Numbered from the stretch's first letter, positions 50,180 through 59,516 are shown. The stretch: 64,000 nucleotides of DNA from an uncultured Syntrophaceae bacterium (GCA_964585095.1 CAZPCN010000006.1:13160-77159); one strand, 5' to 3'. Program-made: numbers and translations. The notes: generated by a model from the sequence alone, not told the origin.

Positions 50180-50949
50180 ACAAGGAAGAGATCCGAACGT
50201 TCGCACGGAGCCAGGGGGTGGATGCCGTGGGCTTCCTCGCCCTGGCGGACTACAAGTCACCCAAGTCACCCGACCCCAGGAATTACCTGCCGAAAGTGCG
50301 GAGCATCATCGTCTTCGCTCACCGGATGCTCGACGGCGCCCTGGATAGTGAGAACCCCCGTTTCAACATCGCCGGGCGCATGGCCGTCATGGACACTTCG
50401 AAGGCTCACCTCTACAAGGTTGCGCGGTTCATCGAGGACGGGACGGGGAAGCCGGCCTCCCCGGTGCTGTCCTCCTATCCCCTCGACATGGCCGCCCCCA
50501 CCTTCGGGCTCGTGGGCGACATCTCGCTTCGCCACGCCGCCGTGCAGTCCGGACTCGGGGTCTTCGGCCGGCACAACCTTGTCATCCACCCCCGCTTCGG
50601 CTCGCGCCTGAGCTTCACGGCCCTGCTGACGGAACTCGCCCTGGAATCCGACCTTCCCCTGAAGGAGGAACTCTGCAACGACTGCGGGCTCTGCGTCGAG
50701 GCCTGCCCGGGCAAGGCCCTCGATAACGAGGGAAAAACGGAGGAGCTCAAGTGCCTTCGGGCATCCCAGCCCTTCGGGATCCCGGGAGCCATCGGCTACA
50801 TCAGGAAGTTCATCGGCAAATCCCCCGAGGAGCAGCAGAACCTCCTCAAGGACCCGATCTTCATGAGCCTCTACCAGGCCTCGTTCATCGGGTTCCAGTA
50901 CACCTGCTTCAACTGCATCGCCGTCTGCCCCGTCGGGCTGAAGCGCTGA
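50176..50949 (+). CDS. 4Fe-4S cluster protein, epoxyqueuosine-reductase (QueG)-like fold
   Basis: Ferredoxin motifs CNDCGLCVEACP and CFNCIAVCP. The N-terminal region resembles the QueG/reductive-dehalogenase-like family. It overlaps the marR stop (ATGA). Confidence 0.6.
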   Translation: MNKEEIRTFARSQGVDAVGFLALADYKSPKSPDPRNYLPKVRSIIVFAHRMLDGALDSENPRFNIAGRMAVMDTSKAHLYKVARFIEDGTGKPASPVLSSYPLDMAAPTFGLVGDISLRHAAVQSGLGVFGRHNLVIHPRFGSRLSFTALLTELALESDLPLKEELCNDCGLCVEACPGKALDNEGKTEELKCLRASQPFGIPGAIGYIRKFIGKSPEEQQNLLKDPIFMSLYQASFIGFQYTCFNCIAVCPVGLKR

Positions 50950-50961
50950 GAAGGAGGGGTC

Positions 50962-51750
50962 ATGGCATCGGGTAAACTTTCCGTGGAGCGCAGGGGCCAC
51001 GTGCTCTGCATGGGGTTCAACCGGCCCGACAAGATGAACGCCTTCGACGTGGAGATGTTCCTGGAGCTGGCTTCCGCCATGGGCGAGCTGGATCGCGACG
51101 GTGAGCTTCGCTGCGGCCTGCTCTTCGCCCACGGCAGGCACTTCACGGCGGGTCTCGATCTGCCGCAGTGGGCGCCCTTCTTCAGCGAAGCGAAATTCCC
51201 GGAACTCCCCGCGGGCGCCTGCGATCCCTTCGGGCTCGTCGAGGGCAGGCAGGTCGGAAAACCGATGGTCATGGCCGTCCAGGGGATCTGCTACACCATC
51301 GGCCTCGAACTGCTGCTGGCCATGGACATCCGCGTGGCGGCAACGAATGCGCGCTTCGGGCAGATCGAGGTGCGGCGGGGCATCTACCCCGTGGGGGGCG
51401 CCACGGTTCGCCTGCATCGCGAAATCGGCTGGGGCAACGCCATGCGCTACCTCCTCACGGGCGACGAGATGCCGGCCGCCGAGGCCCTGCGACTGGGCCT
51501 CGTGCAGGAACTGGCCGAGCCCGGGGAGCAGCTCGACCGGGCCCTGGAAATCGCGGAAACGATCGTCCGGCAGGCTCCGCTGGGGGTTCAGGCATCCCTG
51601 AAGTCGGCCCGGCGGACCCTCGTCGAGGGAGAGCGGGCGGCCATCGGGAGGCTGCTGCCCGAGCTGGCGCCCATCATGAAAAGCGAGGATGCCGCCGAGG
51701 GAATCCGCTCTTTCGTCGAAAGGAGGGAGGCACGGTTCAAGGGACGGTGA
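50962..51750 (+). CDS. Enoyl-CoA hydratase/isomerase (crotonase) family protein
   Basis: Crotonase fold pattern NRPDKMNAF...FTAGLDL...PMVMAVQGICYTIGLELLLAMDIRVA...FGQIEV.RGIYP.GG. Confidence 0.85.
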   Translation: MASGKLSVERRGHVLCMGFNRPDKMNAFDVEMFLELASAMGELDRDGELRCGLLFAHGRHFTAGLDLPQWAPFFSEAKFPELPAGACDPFGLVEGRQVGKPMVMAVQGICYTIGLELLLAMDIRVAATNARFGQIEVRRGIYPVGGATVRLHREIGWGNAMRYLLTGDEMPAAEALRLGLVQELAEPGEQLDRALEIAETIVRQAPLGVQASLKSARRTLVEGERAAIGRLLPELAPIMKSEDAAEGIRSFVERREARFKGR

Positions 51751-51774
51751 AGGCCCCGCAACTACTGGAAATAC

Positions 51775-51809
51775 AAAGAGGGATGCCGCTCGTTGCGGAA
51801 TCCCTCTTT
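51775..51809. terminator. Putative bidirectional terminator hairpin
   Basis: 10-bp stem AAAGAGGGAT / ATCCCTCTTT with a structured loop, followed by ATATTT. It lies between the convergent crotonase and radical SAM genes. Confidence 0.5.
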
Positions 51810-51831
51810 ATATTTCACCGGGCCTGCATCG

Positions 51832-53139
51832 TCAGATGCGGCAGCCTTCCTCGAAGTAGCGGGCATTGAGCTTGCGGCCGAGATTCATGACGACCGTGTG
51901 GAGCCTGTCGCGCCGGGTCGAGAGGGCCCGCCGGGCGATGGAACGCATGGAGTAGAAGGCGTGATAGGTCCGGATGTAGCCCTCCGTGAGCTCCTTCTTG
52001 GACATGCCGGCCGGCCTGATCACCACGTGGTTGGCGTCGTAGCGAGACCAGTTGAAGTGCTCGATGCGGTCCTGTTCCTTCATGTCGTCGAAGAGCTTCG
52101 TTCCCGGAAGCGGGGTCAGGATGTAGAAATTCGCGCACTCCAGCCGGTTTTCGATGCAGAAATCGAGCGTCCGGGCGAAGACGTCCGGGCCGTCGTTGTC
52201 GAGCCCGAACATGAAGGAGCCGAGGATCTTGATCCCCGATTTGTGGATGGTGGCGATGGATTGCTCGTATTCCGGGGCCCGGTTGAGCTTGGCCTTGCCC
52301 AGGGCCCGGAGGTTTTCCACGCTTGTCGTCTCGAACCCCATGAAGAGCCACTTGCAGCCGCTCCGGGCGGCGAGATCCAGCAGTTCCGGATCCCGCGCAA
52401 GCCGCAGGTCGCCCTGGCCGACCCAGCGACGCTTCAGGGGGATCAGGGCCCGGAAGAGCTCCTTGGAGCGCGACGAGTGGCCGAACATGTTGTCGTCGAT
52501 GAAAAGCAGGTTCCCCGGGGGCAGGGCCTTGATCTCGTCGATCACCTCCCCGATGGGGCGGAAGCGGAATTTCGTGCCCCAGAACTCGGTGACCGCGCAG
52601 TAGTTGCACTTGTTGGGACAGCCCCGGGAGGTCTCGACGACGTTCGGGAAGGAGTAGGCGCCGGGCTTGAGCAGATCCAGGCGAGGCCGCGGCAAGCCTT
52701 GGAGATCATGAAGTATTTCTGCCCGGTAGCTCTTTTTCAGCCGGCCGGCCAGGAAATCGTCGAGCAGCTCGTTCCAGGCGAATTCGCCTTCGCCGACCAC
52801 GATGGCGTCGGCGTGGGCCAGCGCCTCGTCCTGCATGAAATAGACGTGCATGCCCCCCAGGACAACCGGGACGCCGCGGCGCCTCAAGCCGTCGGCGATC
52901 TCATAGCCGCGCAGGGACGTGCTCGTCATGAGCGAGATCCCGACGAGGTCGGCCGTGACGGCGCCGAAGTCGATCTCCTCGACGTTCTCGTCGAGGATGC
53001 GCACGTCGAACCGGTCATCGGCGTGGGCCGCCAAGATGGGCAGGTTGAGCTGGGCCACGGAGGACTTTGTCCTCCGTCTCGAGATGAGACGGTCTTTGTC
53101 GGGCGCGGGGTGAATGAGGACGAGGTTGGGCTTTTTCAT
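51832..53139 (-). CDS. B12-binding domain radical SAM protein
   Basis: The ATG at 53139 follows GGGAGA. N-terminal cobalamin-binding Rossmann-like region (DLVGISLMTSTSLRGYEIADGLRRRGVPVVLGGMH) and the radical SAM motif CPNKCNYC. Confidence 0.85.
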   Translation of the reverse strand: MKKPNLVLIHPAPDKDRLISRRRTKSSVAQLNLPILAAHADDRFDVRILDENVEEIDFGAVTADLVGISLMTSTSLRGYEIADGLRRRGVPVVLGGMHVYFMQDEALAHADAIVVGEGEFAWNELLDDFLAGRLKKSYRAEILHDLQGLPRPRLDLLKPGAYSFPNVVETSRGCPNKCNYCAVTEFWGTKFRFRPIGEVIDEIKALPPGNLLFIDDNMFGHSSRSKELFRALIPLKRRWVGQGDLRLARDPELLDLAARSGCKWLFMGFETTSVENLRALGKAKLNRAPEYEQSIATIHKSGIKILGSFMFGLDNDGPDVFARTLDFCIENRLECANFYILTPLPGTKLFDDMKEQDRIEHFNWSRYDANHVVIRPAGMSKKELTEGYIRTYHAFYSMRSIARRALSTRRDRLHTVVMNLGRKLNARYFEEGCRI

Positions 53140-53256
53140 GTCATTCTCCCTTCTGCCGATCACCCCTGGCCCGGCTGTGCGTGCGCAGGCGGGAGGCTCA
53201 AACGAGCGAACCGGCCCCCCTTAACGGCAAGGCCGGTTTTCGCGGGAAAATGTCGT

Positions 53257-53601
53257 CTAATAGCGCCTTCCGCCACCGCCTCCCGGCCTGCCCGGTCCCC
53301 GGCCGAAACCGCCCTGGCGGTCCCTGCCGAATCCTCCGCCTGCGGGCCGATCCTTGGGCGGTTTCGCTTCGCTCACGACGATGACCTTGCCGTGGAGCTC
53401 CCCGCCGTTGAAAGACTCGATGGCCTTCCGGGCGCCTTCCTCGGTTTCCATCTCGACGAACCCGAAGCCCTTGTTGAGGCCCGTCATCCGGTCCTTGATG
53501 AGACTCACCGACAGGACGTTCCCGGCCTGGGAAAAGTTGAACCGCAACTCCTCCTCCGTCGCCTCGCTGGAGAGGTTCCCGACGTATAGTTTCTTGTTCA
53601 T
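53257..53601 (-). CDS. RRM-type RNA-binding protein with Gly/Arg-rich tail
   Basis: The ATG at 53601 follows AAGGAGA. RNP2 LYVGNL, RNP1 KGFGFVEM, and the C-terminal GGGFGRDRQGGFGRGPGRPGGGGGRRY. Confidence 0.9.
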   Translation of the reverse strand: MNKKLYVGNLSSEATEEELRFNFSQAGNVLSVSLIKDRMTGLNKGFGFVEMETEEGARKAIESFNGGELHGKVIVVSEAKPPKDRPAGGGFGRDRQGGFGRGPGRPGGGGGRRY

Positions 53602-54042
53602 ATGGCTATCTCCTTTGCTGGGGCCTTCCGCCGCATAGCCTTGCGCAACGGCCCTGAAATGTGGTGCGGACGGATAACAGAAAGCCGCCACACTTTGAGA
53701 GTATGGCGGCCAACCCCTACGCGTCAAAATGCTGATGTGTAAACTCTTGCGCCCCGGCATCTTCCCGAAAGCCGCCCCGGACGCACACCCAAGCTACTAC
53801 AGCCCCCTCGGCAGGTCAAGGCTTTATTTCCCCCGGGCGACTGCGCCGTGCAGGGGGGCTCACTCGACGGCAATGAACCTGTCCCCCGCACGAAGGGAAT
53901 TCACCCCCTGGCGGGGGACTTCGGCCATGGCCGCCTTGCCTGCCGATCAAAATTCATCGCACCCCCCCGCAGCAAGCTGCGGGGAATGCGCGTGCAATCG
54001 TTTTCAAGGAACGACGTTGGGGGCGCATCGCGCAGATATCGC

Positions 54043-54071
54043 TTGTCGCCGCAAAACGCATCCCCTATACT
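54043..54071 (+). promoter_or_regulatory. Candidate sigma70-type promoter for the permease gene
   Basis: TTGTCG (54043-54048), an exact 17-nt spacer, and TATACT (54066-54071), about 50 nt upstream of the GTG start at 54123. Pattern match only. Confidence 0.3.
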
Positions 54072-54122
54072 TTTTCCTTCGCGGGAAGCGCGGATCGAAG
54101 CGAAACCGGCGGGAGCGGCAGC

Positions 54123-55382
54123 GTGACACCAGGGCACAGGGGCCTCGGGCTCACGAGCGCCACGGCGCTCGTGGTGGCAAACATGATCGGGGCGGGCGTT
54201 TTCACCACCAGCGGGTTCCTGCTCGCGGACCTGGGCTCGCCGCTTTACGTCCTGCTCGCGTGGGCCGCGGGAGGGCTTCAGGCCGCTCTCGGGGCCCTTT
54301 GCTACGGGGCGCTTGCCAGGCGGATCCCCGAATCGGGCGGGGAATACCGTTTTCTCTCCCGCGCCCTGCACCCTGCGGCGGGGTACGTGGCGGGCTGGCT
54401 CTCGCTGCTCGTCGGCTTTTCGGCCCCCCTCGCGGCGGCGGCTTTCGCCTTCGGGACCTATGCGAGACCCTGGCTCGGGGGTCTCTCCCCGGCGGAGGCG
54501 GGAGCGATCCTGATTGCGGTCTTCGCCGCCGTGCACGCCTACGAGGTCCGACGGGGCGCGCAGGTGCAGAACGGGGCGGTCCTGCTCAAGGTCGCCCTGA
54601 TCGCCGCCTTTGTCGTTTTCGCCTTCCCGGGGGGCGACGCGCCGCCCCCCGAGCCTGCACGGCCCTTCCCCCTTGCGGCCTTCGGGGTGTCGCTCGTCTG
54701 GATCTCCTTCAGCTACTCCGGCTGGAACGCCGCCGTGTACGTCGCAGGGGAGATCCGGGACCCGGAACGCACGGTCCCGCGCTCGCTCGTCCTGGGCACG
54801 GCGATCGTCACCGCGCTCTACCTCGCGCTGAATGCCGTCTTCGTGCTGGCCGCCCCGGCGTCGGAGCTGGCGGGCAAGCTCGAGGTGGGGCGCATCGCCG
54901 CGCGGGCTGTGGGCGGCCCCGTCCTGGAGGAAGCCGTGGCGGGGCTCATCGCGCTCGTGCTCGTGAGCAGCGTCTCCTCGCTCGTGATGGCGGGGCCGCG
55001 CGTCTATGCGCAGATGGCCGCCGACGGGTACCTGCCCCGGCGCCTTGCCGTCGTGTCCGGGCCGCCGCGGGCGGCCATCGCCGTCCAGGCGGTCCTTGCC
55101 CTTTTCTTTCTCTGGAGCGCGACCTTCGAGGCGCTCCTCACCTGGATCGGCTTCACCCTCAGCCTGAGCACGGCGGCCGCGGTGACGGCCCTGATCGTCC
55201 TGAAAGCGAGGGAGGGGGCGAAGATGGAAGTGCCCGGCTGGCCGTTCGTTCCGTGGCTCTTCCTTGCCGGGGTCGCGGCGATGACGGCCTTCACCGTCGC
55301 GCAGAGGCCGCTGGAGAGCTTCGTCGGGCTCGCAACGGTCGCGGCGGGGCTGGCGGCGTGGCGGCTCCACCGGAAGAAGTGA
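54123..55382 (+). CDS. APC-superfamily amino acid permease
   Basis: GTG start. N-terminus LGLTSATALVVANMIGAGVFTTSGF is typical of the APC family. About 12 TM segments. Confidence 0.85.
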   Translation: MTPGHRGLGLTSATALVVANMIGAGVFTTSGFLLADLGSPLYVLLAWAAGGLQAALGALCYGALARRIPESGGEYRFLSRALHPAAGYVAGWLSLLVGFSAPLAAAAFAFGTYARPWLGGLSPAEAGAILIAVFAAVHAYEVRRGAQVQNGAVLLKVALIAAFVVFAFPGGDAPPPEPARPFPLAAFGVSLVWISFSYSGWNAAVYVAGEIRDPERTVPRSLVLGTAIVTALYLALNAVFVLAAPASELAGKLEVGRIAARAVGGPVLEEAVAGLIALVLVSSVSSLVMAGPRVYAQMAADGYLPRRLAVVSGPPRAAIAVQAVLALFFLWSATFEALLTWIGFTLSLSTAAAVTALIVLKAREGAKMEVPGWPFVPWLFLAGVAAMTAFTVAQRPLESFVGLATVAAGLAAWRLHRKK

Positions 55383-55417
55383 CGGAAGTGGCAGAAGTGA
55401 AAGAAGTAAAGGAAGTG
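55376..55417 (+). repeat. Five in-phase 9-nt purine-rich repeats (GAAGTG/A) between the permease stop and the methyltransferase RBS
   Basis: GAAGT occurs at 55376, 55385, 55394, 55403 and 55412, an exact 9-nt period. Degenerate units continue to the AGGAGAGG RBS at 55431. Confidence 0.8.
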
Positions 55418-55440
55418 AAGAAATGCAAGAAGGAGAGGTT

Positions 55441-56118
55441 ATGAATCGCAGAGAGTTTTGCGCGGCCGCAATGGGGCTGTTTGCCGGGGGGGCTTTGATC
55501 CAGCCGTCACAATCCCGGGCGGCCGGCGAGGCCCGCAGACCTCCCAAGGCCGACCCCGCGAAAATCAGGAAAGTTCTGGGCGAGATGGAATCGAAGATCG
55601 GCCGCTACTGGAGCACGCCTCGACAGGACGCCGAGTATCTGTGCCTGATGGTGAAGGCCACCCGTGCGACCCGCGTTCTCGAGGTGGGGACCTCGCAGGG
55701 GTATTCGGCCGTATGGATGGGGCTGGGCCTGGAAGAGACGGGCGGTCGCCTGACAACGATCGAGATCGACGCCGGGCGACATGCCCTTGCGCAGCAAAAC
55801 GTCCGGGAGGCGGGGCTTGCCGGCAGGATCACCCTGGTCCGGGGGGATGCCCACCGGGAGCTGGCAGGGCTCAGGGGGCCCTTCGATTTCGTGTTCCTCG
55901 ATGCCGACAAGGACGGGCAGATGGATTACTTCCGGCAGCTCTACCCGGCGAGGCTCGCCCCCGGCGGGATCATCGCCGTGCACAACGCCGTCTCGGAAGC
56001 CGGCGACCTCAGGCAGTACATGGAGACGATCCGCAGGCACCCCGAATTCGACACCGTGATCGTCAGCACGACGATGGAGGACGGCATCGCCCTGAGCTAC
56101 CGGCACCGCAAGGCGTGA
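55441..56118 (+). CDS. Class I SAM-dependent O-methyltransferase (caffeoyl-CoA OMT-like) with a Tat-type signal peptide
   Basis: The ATG at 55441 follows AGGAGAGG. N-terminus MNRREFCAAAMGLFAGGALIQPSQSRA|AGE contains an RRxF twin-arginine motif. OMT core VLEVGTSQGYSAVWMG...FDFVFLDADKDGQMDYF...GGIIAVHN. Confidence 0.8.
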   Translation: MNRREFCAAAMGLFAGGALIQPSQSRAAGEARRPPKADPAKIRKVLGEMESKIGRYWSTPRQDAEYLCLMVKATRATRVLEVGTSQGYSAVWMGLGLEETGGRLTTIEIDAGRHALAQQNVREAGLAGRITLVRGDAHRELAGLRGPFDFVFLDADKDGQMDYFRQLYPARLAPGGIIAVHNAVSEAGDLRQYMETIRRHPEFDTVIVSTTMEDGIALSYRHRKA

Positions 56119-56167
56119 CGGTCCGGCATGAAAGACTGCTGTCCGGGGCCTTTCACCGCATCCCGTC

Positions 56168-57661
56168 TCAGAAGGCGATGAGGTTGGGTCCCCCGTCGCC
56201 CGGGACCACGCGTCCCCTCTTCCCGACGAACTCCTCTTCTTCCATGGCCCTGAAGAGTTCGGGGTCCTTTTCCGTCATGGCCCAGCAGCGCTTGCCGCTT
56301 TCCAGGCGCGCCGCGATGATCGCGTAATCCGGCTCGCCCCGGCGGTCGTGCATGACCGTGTAAGCCTCCACGGCGGCCGTCCCCTTCGGGGCCGTCTCCA
56401 GCCCGGGGCCCCGCCCGGAATCGAGCCGCTGCTGCACCGCATCCCGACCCTTTCGGTCCCAGGGCCGATCGGGTTCCCGTCCGCTGTAGATCCCCGCGGA
56501 AAATTTCGTGAAATACCAGCCCAGGGCGGAGATGAAGGAGAATCGGTCGGGGGCTTTCCGCAACCTCTCGACGGCTTCCACGATGGCGTGCAGGGTGTAG
56601 CTGTTGCCCGGTCCTCCGAAGTAGGGAAGGCCTCCGGTGATCGTGAGAGGCGGAAGGCTTTCGAGGTCGAGGCCCATCTCCCGGGCCTGCAGGAGCGTGG
56701 CGCTGGGAAAGCAGCTGTAGAGATCGAAGAAATCCATCTCGCCGATCTGCCTGCCGGCCATGGAGAGGCATGCCGACGACACCTCGCGGACCACCGGGCT
56801 GGAGGTGAAGTCGTCACGCTCCGAGAGAAACCACCGGTCCGTGCCGTCGGCCCCGCCGTGGAGGTACACCCACTTGTCACGCGGGATGCCCAGCCTGCGG
56901 GCCGTGTCGGTTCCCATCACGATCACGGCGGCGGCCTGGTTCACATTCATGATGGGGTTCATGTACTTCGTGTAGGGGAAGTTGACCATCCGGTTGCGGT
57001 CCGTCACGGTCCCGATCTCGACGCTCGAGCGGGCCTTGCGGAACCAGGCCCGCGGGTTCTCGGATGCGATCCTGGAGAAGCGGGCGCAGTACTCGGCGAG
57101 GAAGGCCCGGTTCTCCGCAATGCTCATGCCTCGCGCGGCCCGAAGCGCGTTCTCGTAGAGCGGGTAGACCTCGAGGGGATAGCGGGCATGGTGCAGCATC
57201 TCGTGCGGGGTCGAGCCCCAGCGCGTGTCCCCTATCATTTCGGGGGCGTCTGAACCCCCGATGTCCTGCAGCCAGTTGTCGCGCGTCTGGGCCGGAGCGT
57301 AGAGCATGGCCTCCGAACCCGCAAGAATGGCAATGGAGAGTGTGCCGCGGGCAATTCGGTCGGCTGCCCTGTTCACGAGCCACTGGGGGGTGTTGCCGCC
57401 CATGGCCGTGTACTCGCGCACCCGCGGCCCGATCCCGAGCATCTCGCAGAACTGCCCCGCCGGATCCCCGTACGCATGGGAGAACATGTTGATGACCGTC
57501 ACGCTGTCGGCGCGGGAAAGGACGGCGCGGCTTCCGCAGTCCTCCGCGGCAGCCTCGACGACCCTCTTCGCCAGCTGCAGGGGGTACGGGGTGTCGGGGT
57601 GTTCTTCGGGATGATACGTGATCTGTCCGATGCCCACGATCACGGGATGGACGACGGGCAT
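56168..57661 (-). CDS. Thiolase-like protein (acetyl-CoA acetyltransferase / SCP-x-type, ~497 aa)
   Basis: The ATG at 57661 follows GAAAGGGGGGAG. Thiolase-like N and C domains (VIVGIGQITY..., ...DLYSCFPSATLLQAREMGL...LTITGGLPYFGGPGNSYTLHAI). The upstream 351 codons of the 848-aa ORF are non-coding-like. Confidence 0.75.
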   Translation of the reverse strand: MPVVHPVIVGIGQITYHPEEHPDTPYPLQLAKRVVEAAAEDCGSRAVLSRADSVTVINMFSHAYGDPAGQFCEMLGIGPRVREYTAMGGNTPQWLVNRAADRIARGTLSIAILAGSEAMLYAPAQTRDNWLQDIGGSDAPEMIGDTRWGSTPHEMLHHARYPLEVYPLYENALRAARGMSIAENRAFLAEYCARFSRIASENPRAWFRKARSSVEIGTVTDRNRMVNFPYTKYMNPIMNVNQAAAVIVMGTDTARRLGIPRDKWVYLHGGADGTDRWFLSERDDFTSSPVVREVSSACLSMAGRQIGEMDFFDLYSCFPSATLLQAREMGLDLESLPPLTITGGLPYFGGPGNSYTLHAIVEAVERLRKAPDRFSFISALGWYFTKFSAGIYSGREPDRPWDRKGRDAVQQRLDSGRGPGLETAPKGTAAVEAYTVMHDRRGEPDYAIIAARLESGKRCWAMTEKDPELFRAMEEEEFVGKRGRVVPGDGGPNLIAF

Positions 57662-57753
57662 GAGGCTCCCCCCTTTCTGACCTGGACCCGTACCTCTGTA
57701 CCACGCAAGGGCGGCTCGATCAAGCCCGGTACGGGGTAAAGGCGCGGGGCCGC

Positions 57754-58098
57754 TCAGCGACCCAGGGGGCCGTTGGCCAGGAGGTGCAGCTGCCAGGAGA
57801 TGACACCCGCGAAGAGCAGGGCCGTGCCGGCGAGGATCGCCCGGAAGAGCTTGAGGCGGCTGTAGAGGCACATCAGGACGAGCAGGGAGGAAACGGCGGC
57901 GATCTTCCAGACCCAGAACCGGTCGCCGTAGGCGTCGATGGCCGCCCGGACGACGGGGTTGCACTCGGCACCCCCCATGGCAAGGATCAGGTGCGTGAAG
58001 ACCGCGTCGAGGATGTTCAGCCCGGCGATCAGGACGACGAGCGAAACGAGCCCCACGCCGTACTCGAACTGGTGCAGATCTGCCCTGGACGCCTTCAT
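57754..58098 (-). CDS. Small 4-TM membrane protein (DUF5658-like)
   Basis: Pattern LNILDAVFTHLILAMGGAECNPV...WVWK with four hydrophobic segments. Confidence 0.6.
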   Translation of the reverse strand: MKASRADLHQFEYGVGLVSLVVLIAGLNILDAVFTHLILAMGGAECNPVVRAAIDAYGDRFWVWKIAAVSSLLVLMCLYSRLKLFRAILAGTALLFAGVISWQLHLLANGPLGR

Positions 58099-58234
58099 CG
58101 GATGCTCCCCGGTATATCCATCGGGAGATCCGTGCCCGGACCTTAGCCTTTTTTGGGGGGGCCGCCCGACACCCCCATTTACAAGTTCCGAAAGAATGGG
58201 TAGGATGCATCACTTGCACTCGGGAAAGGATCCC

Positions 58235-59515
58235 ATGAAGATCGTCGTCGTCGGGGCGGGGTGGGCCGGATGCGCAGCAGCCCTGTCTGCGAGAAAGCAG
58301 GGGGCCGAGGTCACCCTGATCGAGCGCACGGACATGCTCCTGGGCACGGGGCTCGTCGGCGGGATCATGCGCAACAACGGCCGCTTCACCGCCGCCGAGG
58401 AGATGCTCGCCATGGGCGGAGGCGAGCTTTTCGAGCTTGCCGACGCCAACTCCCTGCACCGCGACATCGAGTTTCCCGGGCACCCCCACGCCTCCCTGTA
58501 CAACGTGGCCGCCATGGAACCCCTCGTGCGGTCCTTCCTCGAGTCCAGGGGCATCGCGATCCGGGTTGCGACCCGCGTCAACGACGTGGAGATGAAGGAT
58601 GGCGCCATCACCGCCATTCACGGCAAGGAGGGCGACGAGACGGTCAGCTTCACGGCCGGGGCCTACATCGACGCGACGGGCACGGCGGGCCCCCCGGGCC
58701 AGTGCGCAAAGCACGGCAACGGCTGCGTGCTCTGCGTGCTGCGCTGCCCGGCCTTCGGCGGTCGGGTCAGCGTCGCGGCGCTCTGCGGCGTCCGGGAAAT
58801 CGCAGGACGCAAGGGCGGCCAGGTGGGGGCCATGAGCGGCTCCTGCAAGCTCCTGAAGGAGTCCCTCTCGCGCGACCTCGTCTCCGAACTGAATCGAAAG
58901 GGGGTCGTCGTTGTCCCTTTACCCCTTTCCCTGCAGAAGGAAGTCCGGACCTCGATCAAGGCCTGCCAGCAGTACGCCATCCCCGAATTCCAGACGAACC
59001 TCGTCCTGCTCGACACGGGGCACGCTAAGCTCATGGTGCCCTTTTTCCCGCTCGCGGGGCTGAGGAAAATCGGGGGATTCGAAAACGCCCGCTACGAGGA
59101 CCCCTATGCAGGGGGGCGGGGGAACTCCATCCGCTACGTGGGCATGTCGCCGCGCGACGACGGACTGAAGGTGCGGGGGGTTGAAAATCTCTTCTGCGCC
59201 GGCGAGAAGGCCGGGCTGCTCGTCGGGCACACGGAGGCCATCGTCACGGGAACGCTTGCCGGGTTCAATGCCGTCCGGCACGCGCGGGGAGAGAAACCGC
59301 TGATCCTGCCCCGTTCACTGGCCGCAGGCGACGCCATCGGGTTCGTGCGGGAGAGGATGGCAACCGAGGAGGGCCTGGCCTGCAAGTTCACCTTCTCGGG
59401 GTCCGTGTACTTCGAACGAATGAAGGAGCTGGGCCTCTACACGCTGGACCGGGAGGCCGTTCGGGAAAGGGTCGAAAAGGCGAGGATGCTGAACCTGTTC
59501 AAAGGAGGGACCTGA
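58235..59515 (+). CDS. FAD-dependent oxidoreductase (GidA/TrmFO-like fold) with internal Cys cluster
   Basis: The ATG at 58235 follows GGAAAGGA. Dinucleotide motif KIVVVGAGWAGCAAA, Cys cluster CAKHGNGCVLCVLRCP, and a late GEKAGLLVGHTEA motif. It was extracted from the 57938..59515 ORF. Confidence 0.75.
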   Translation: MKIVVVGAGWAGCAAALSARKQGAEVTLIERTDMLLGTGLVGGIMRNNGRFTAAEEMLAMGGGELFELADANSLHRDIEFPGHPHASLYNVAAMEPLVRSFLESRGIAIRVATRVNDVEMKDGAITAIHGKEGDETVSFTAGAYIDATGTAGPPGQCAKHGNGCVLCVLRCPAFGGRVSVAALCGVREIAGRKGGQVGAMSGSCKLLKESLSRDLVSELNRKGVVVVPLPLSLQKEVRTSIKACQQYAIPEFQTNLVLLDTGHAKLMVPFFPLAGLRKIGGFENARYEDPYAGGRGNSIRYVGMSPRDDGLKVRGVENLFCAGEKAGLLVGHTEAIVTGTLAGFNAVRHARGEKPLILPRSLAAGDAIGFVRERMATEEGLACKFTFSGSVYFERMKELGLYTLDREAVRERVEKARMLNLFKGGT

Positions 59516-59516
59516 C

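Noticed and set aside
51793-55547. ORFs 51793..53589 (+, 598 aa), 53729..55444 (+, 571 aa) and 53901..55547 (-, 548 aa)
   Set aside because: The first lies antisense to the radical SAM gene. The other two are out of frame with, or antisense to, the hydrophobic APC permease frame, and are extremely Arg/Gly/Pro-rich.
57662-58714. N-terminal 351 codons of the 848-aa minus-strand ORF 56168..58714
   Set aside because: This part lies antisense to the DUF5658 upstream region and the flavoprotein gene, and is Arg/Gly/Pro-rich. The thiolase-like homology begins at the ATG at 57661, which has its own RBS.
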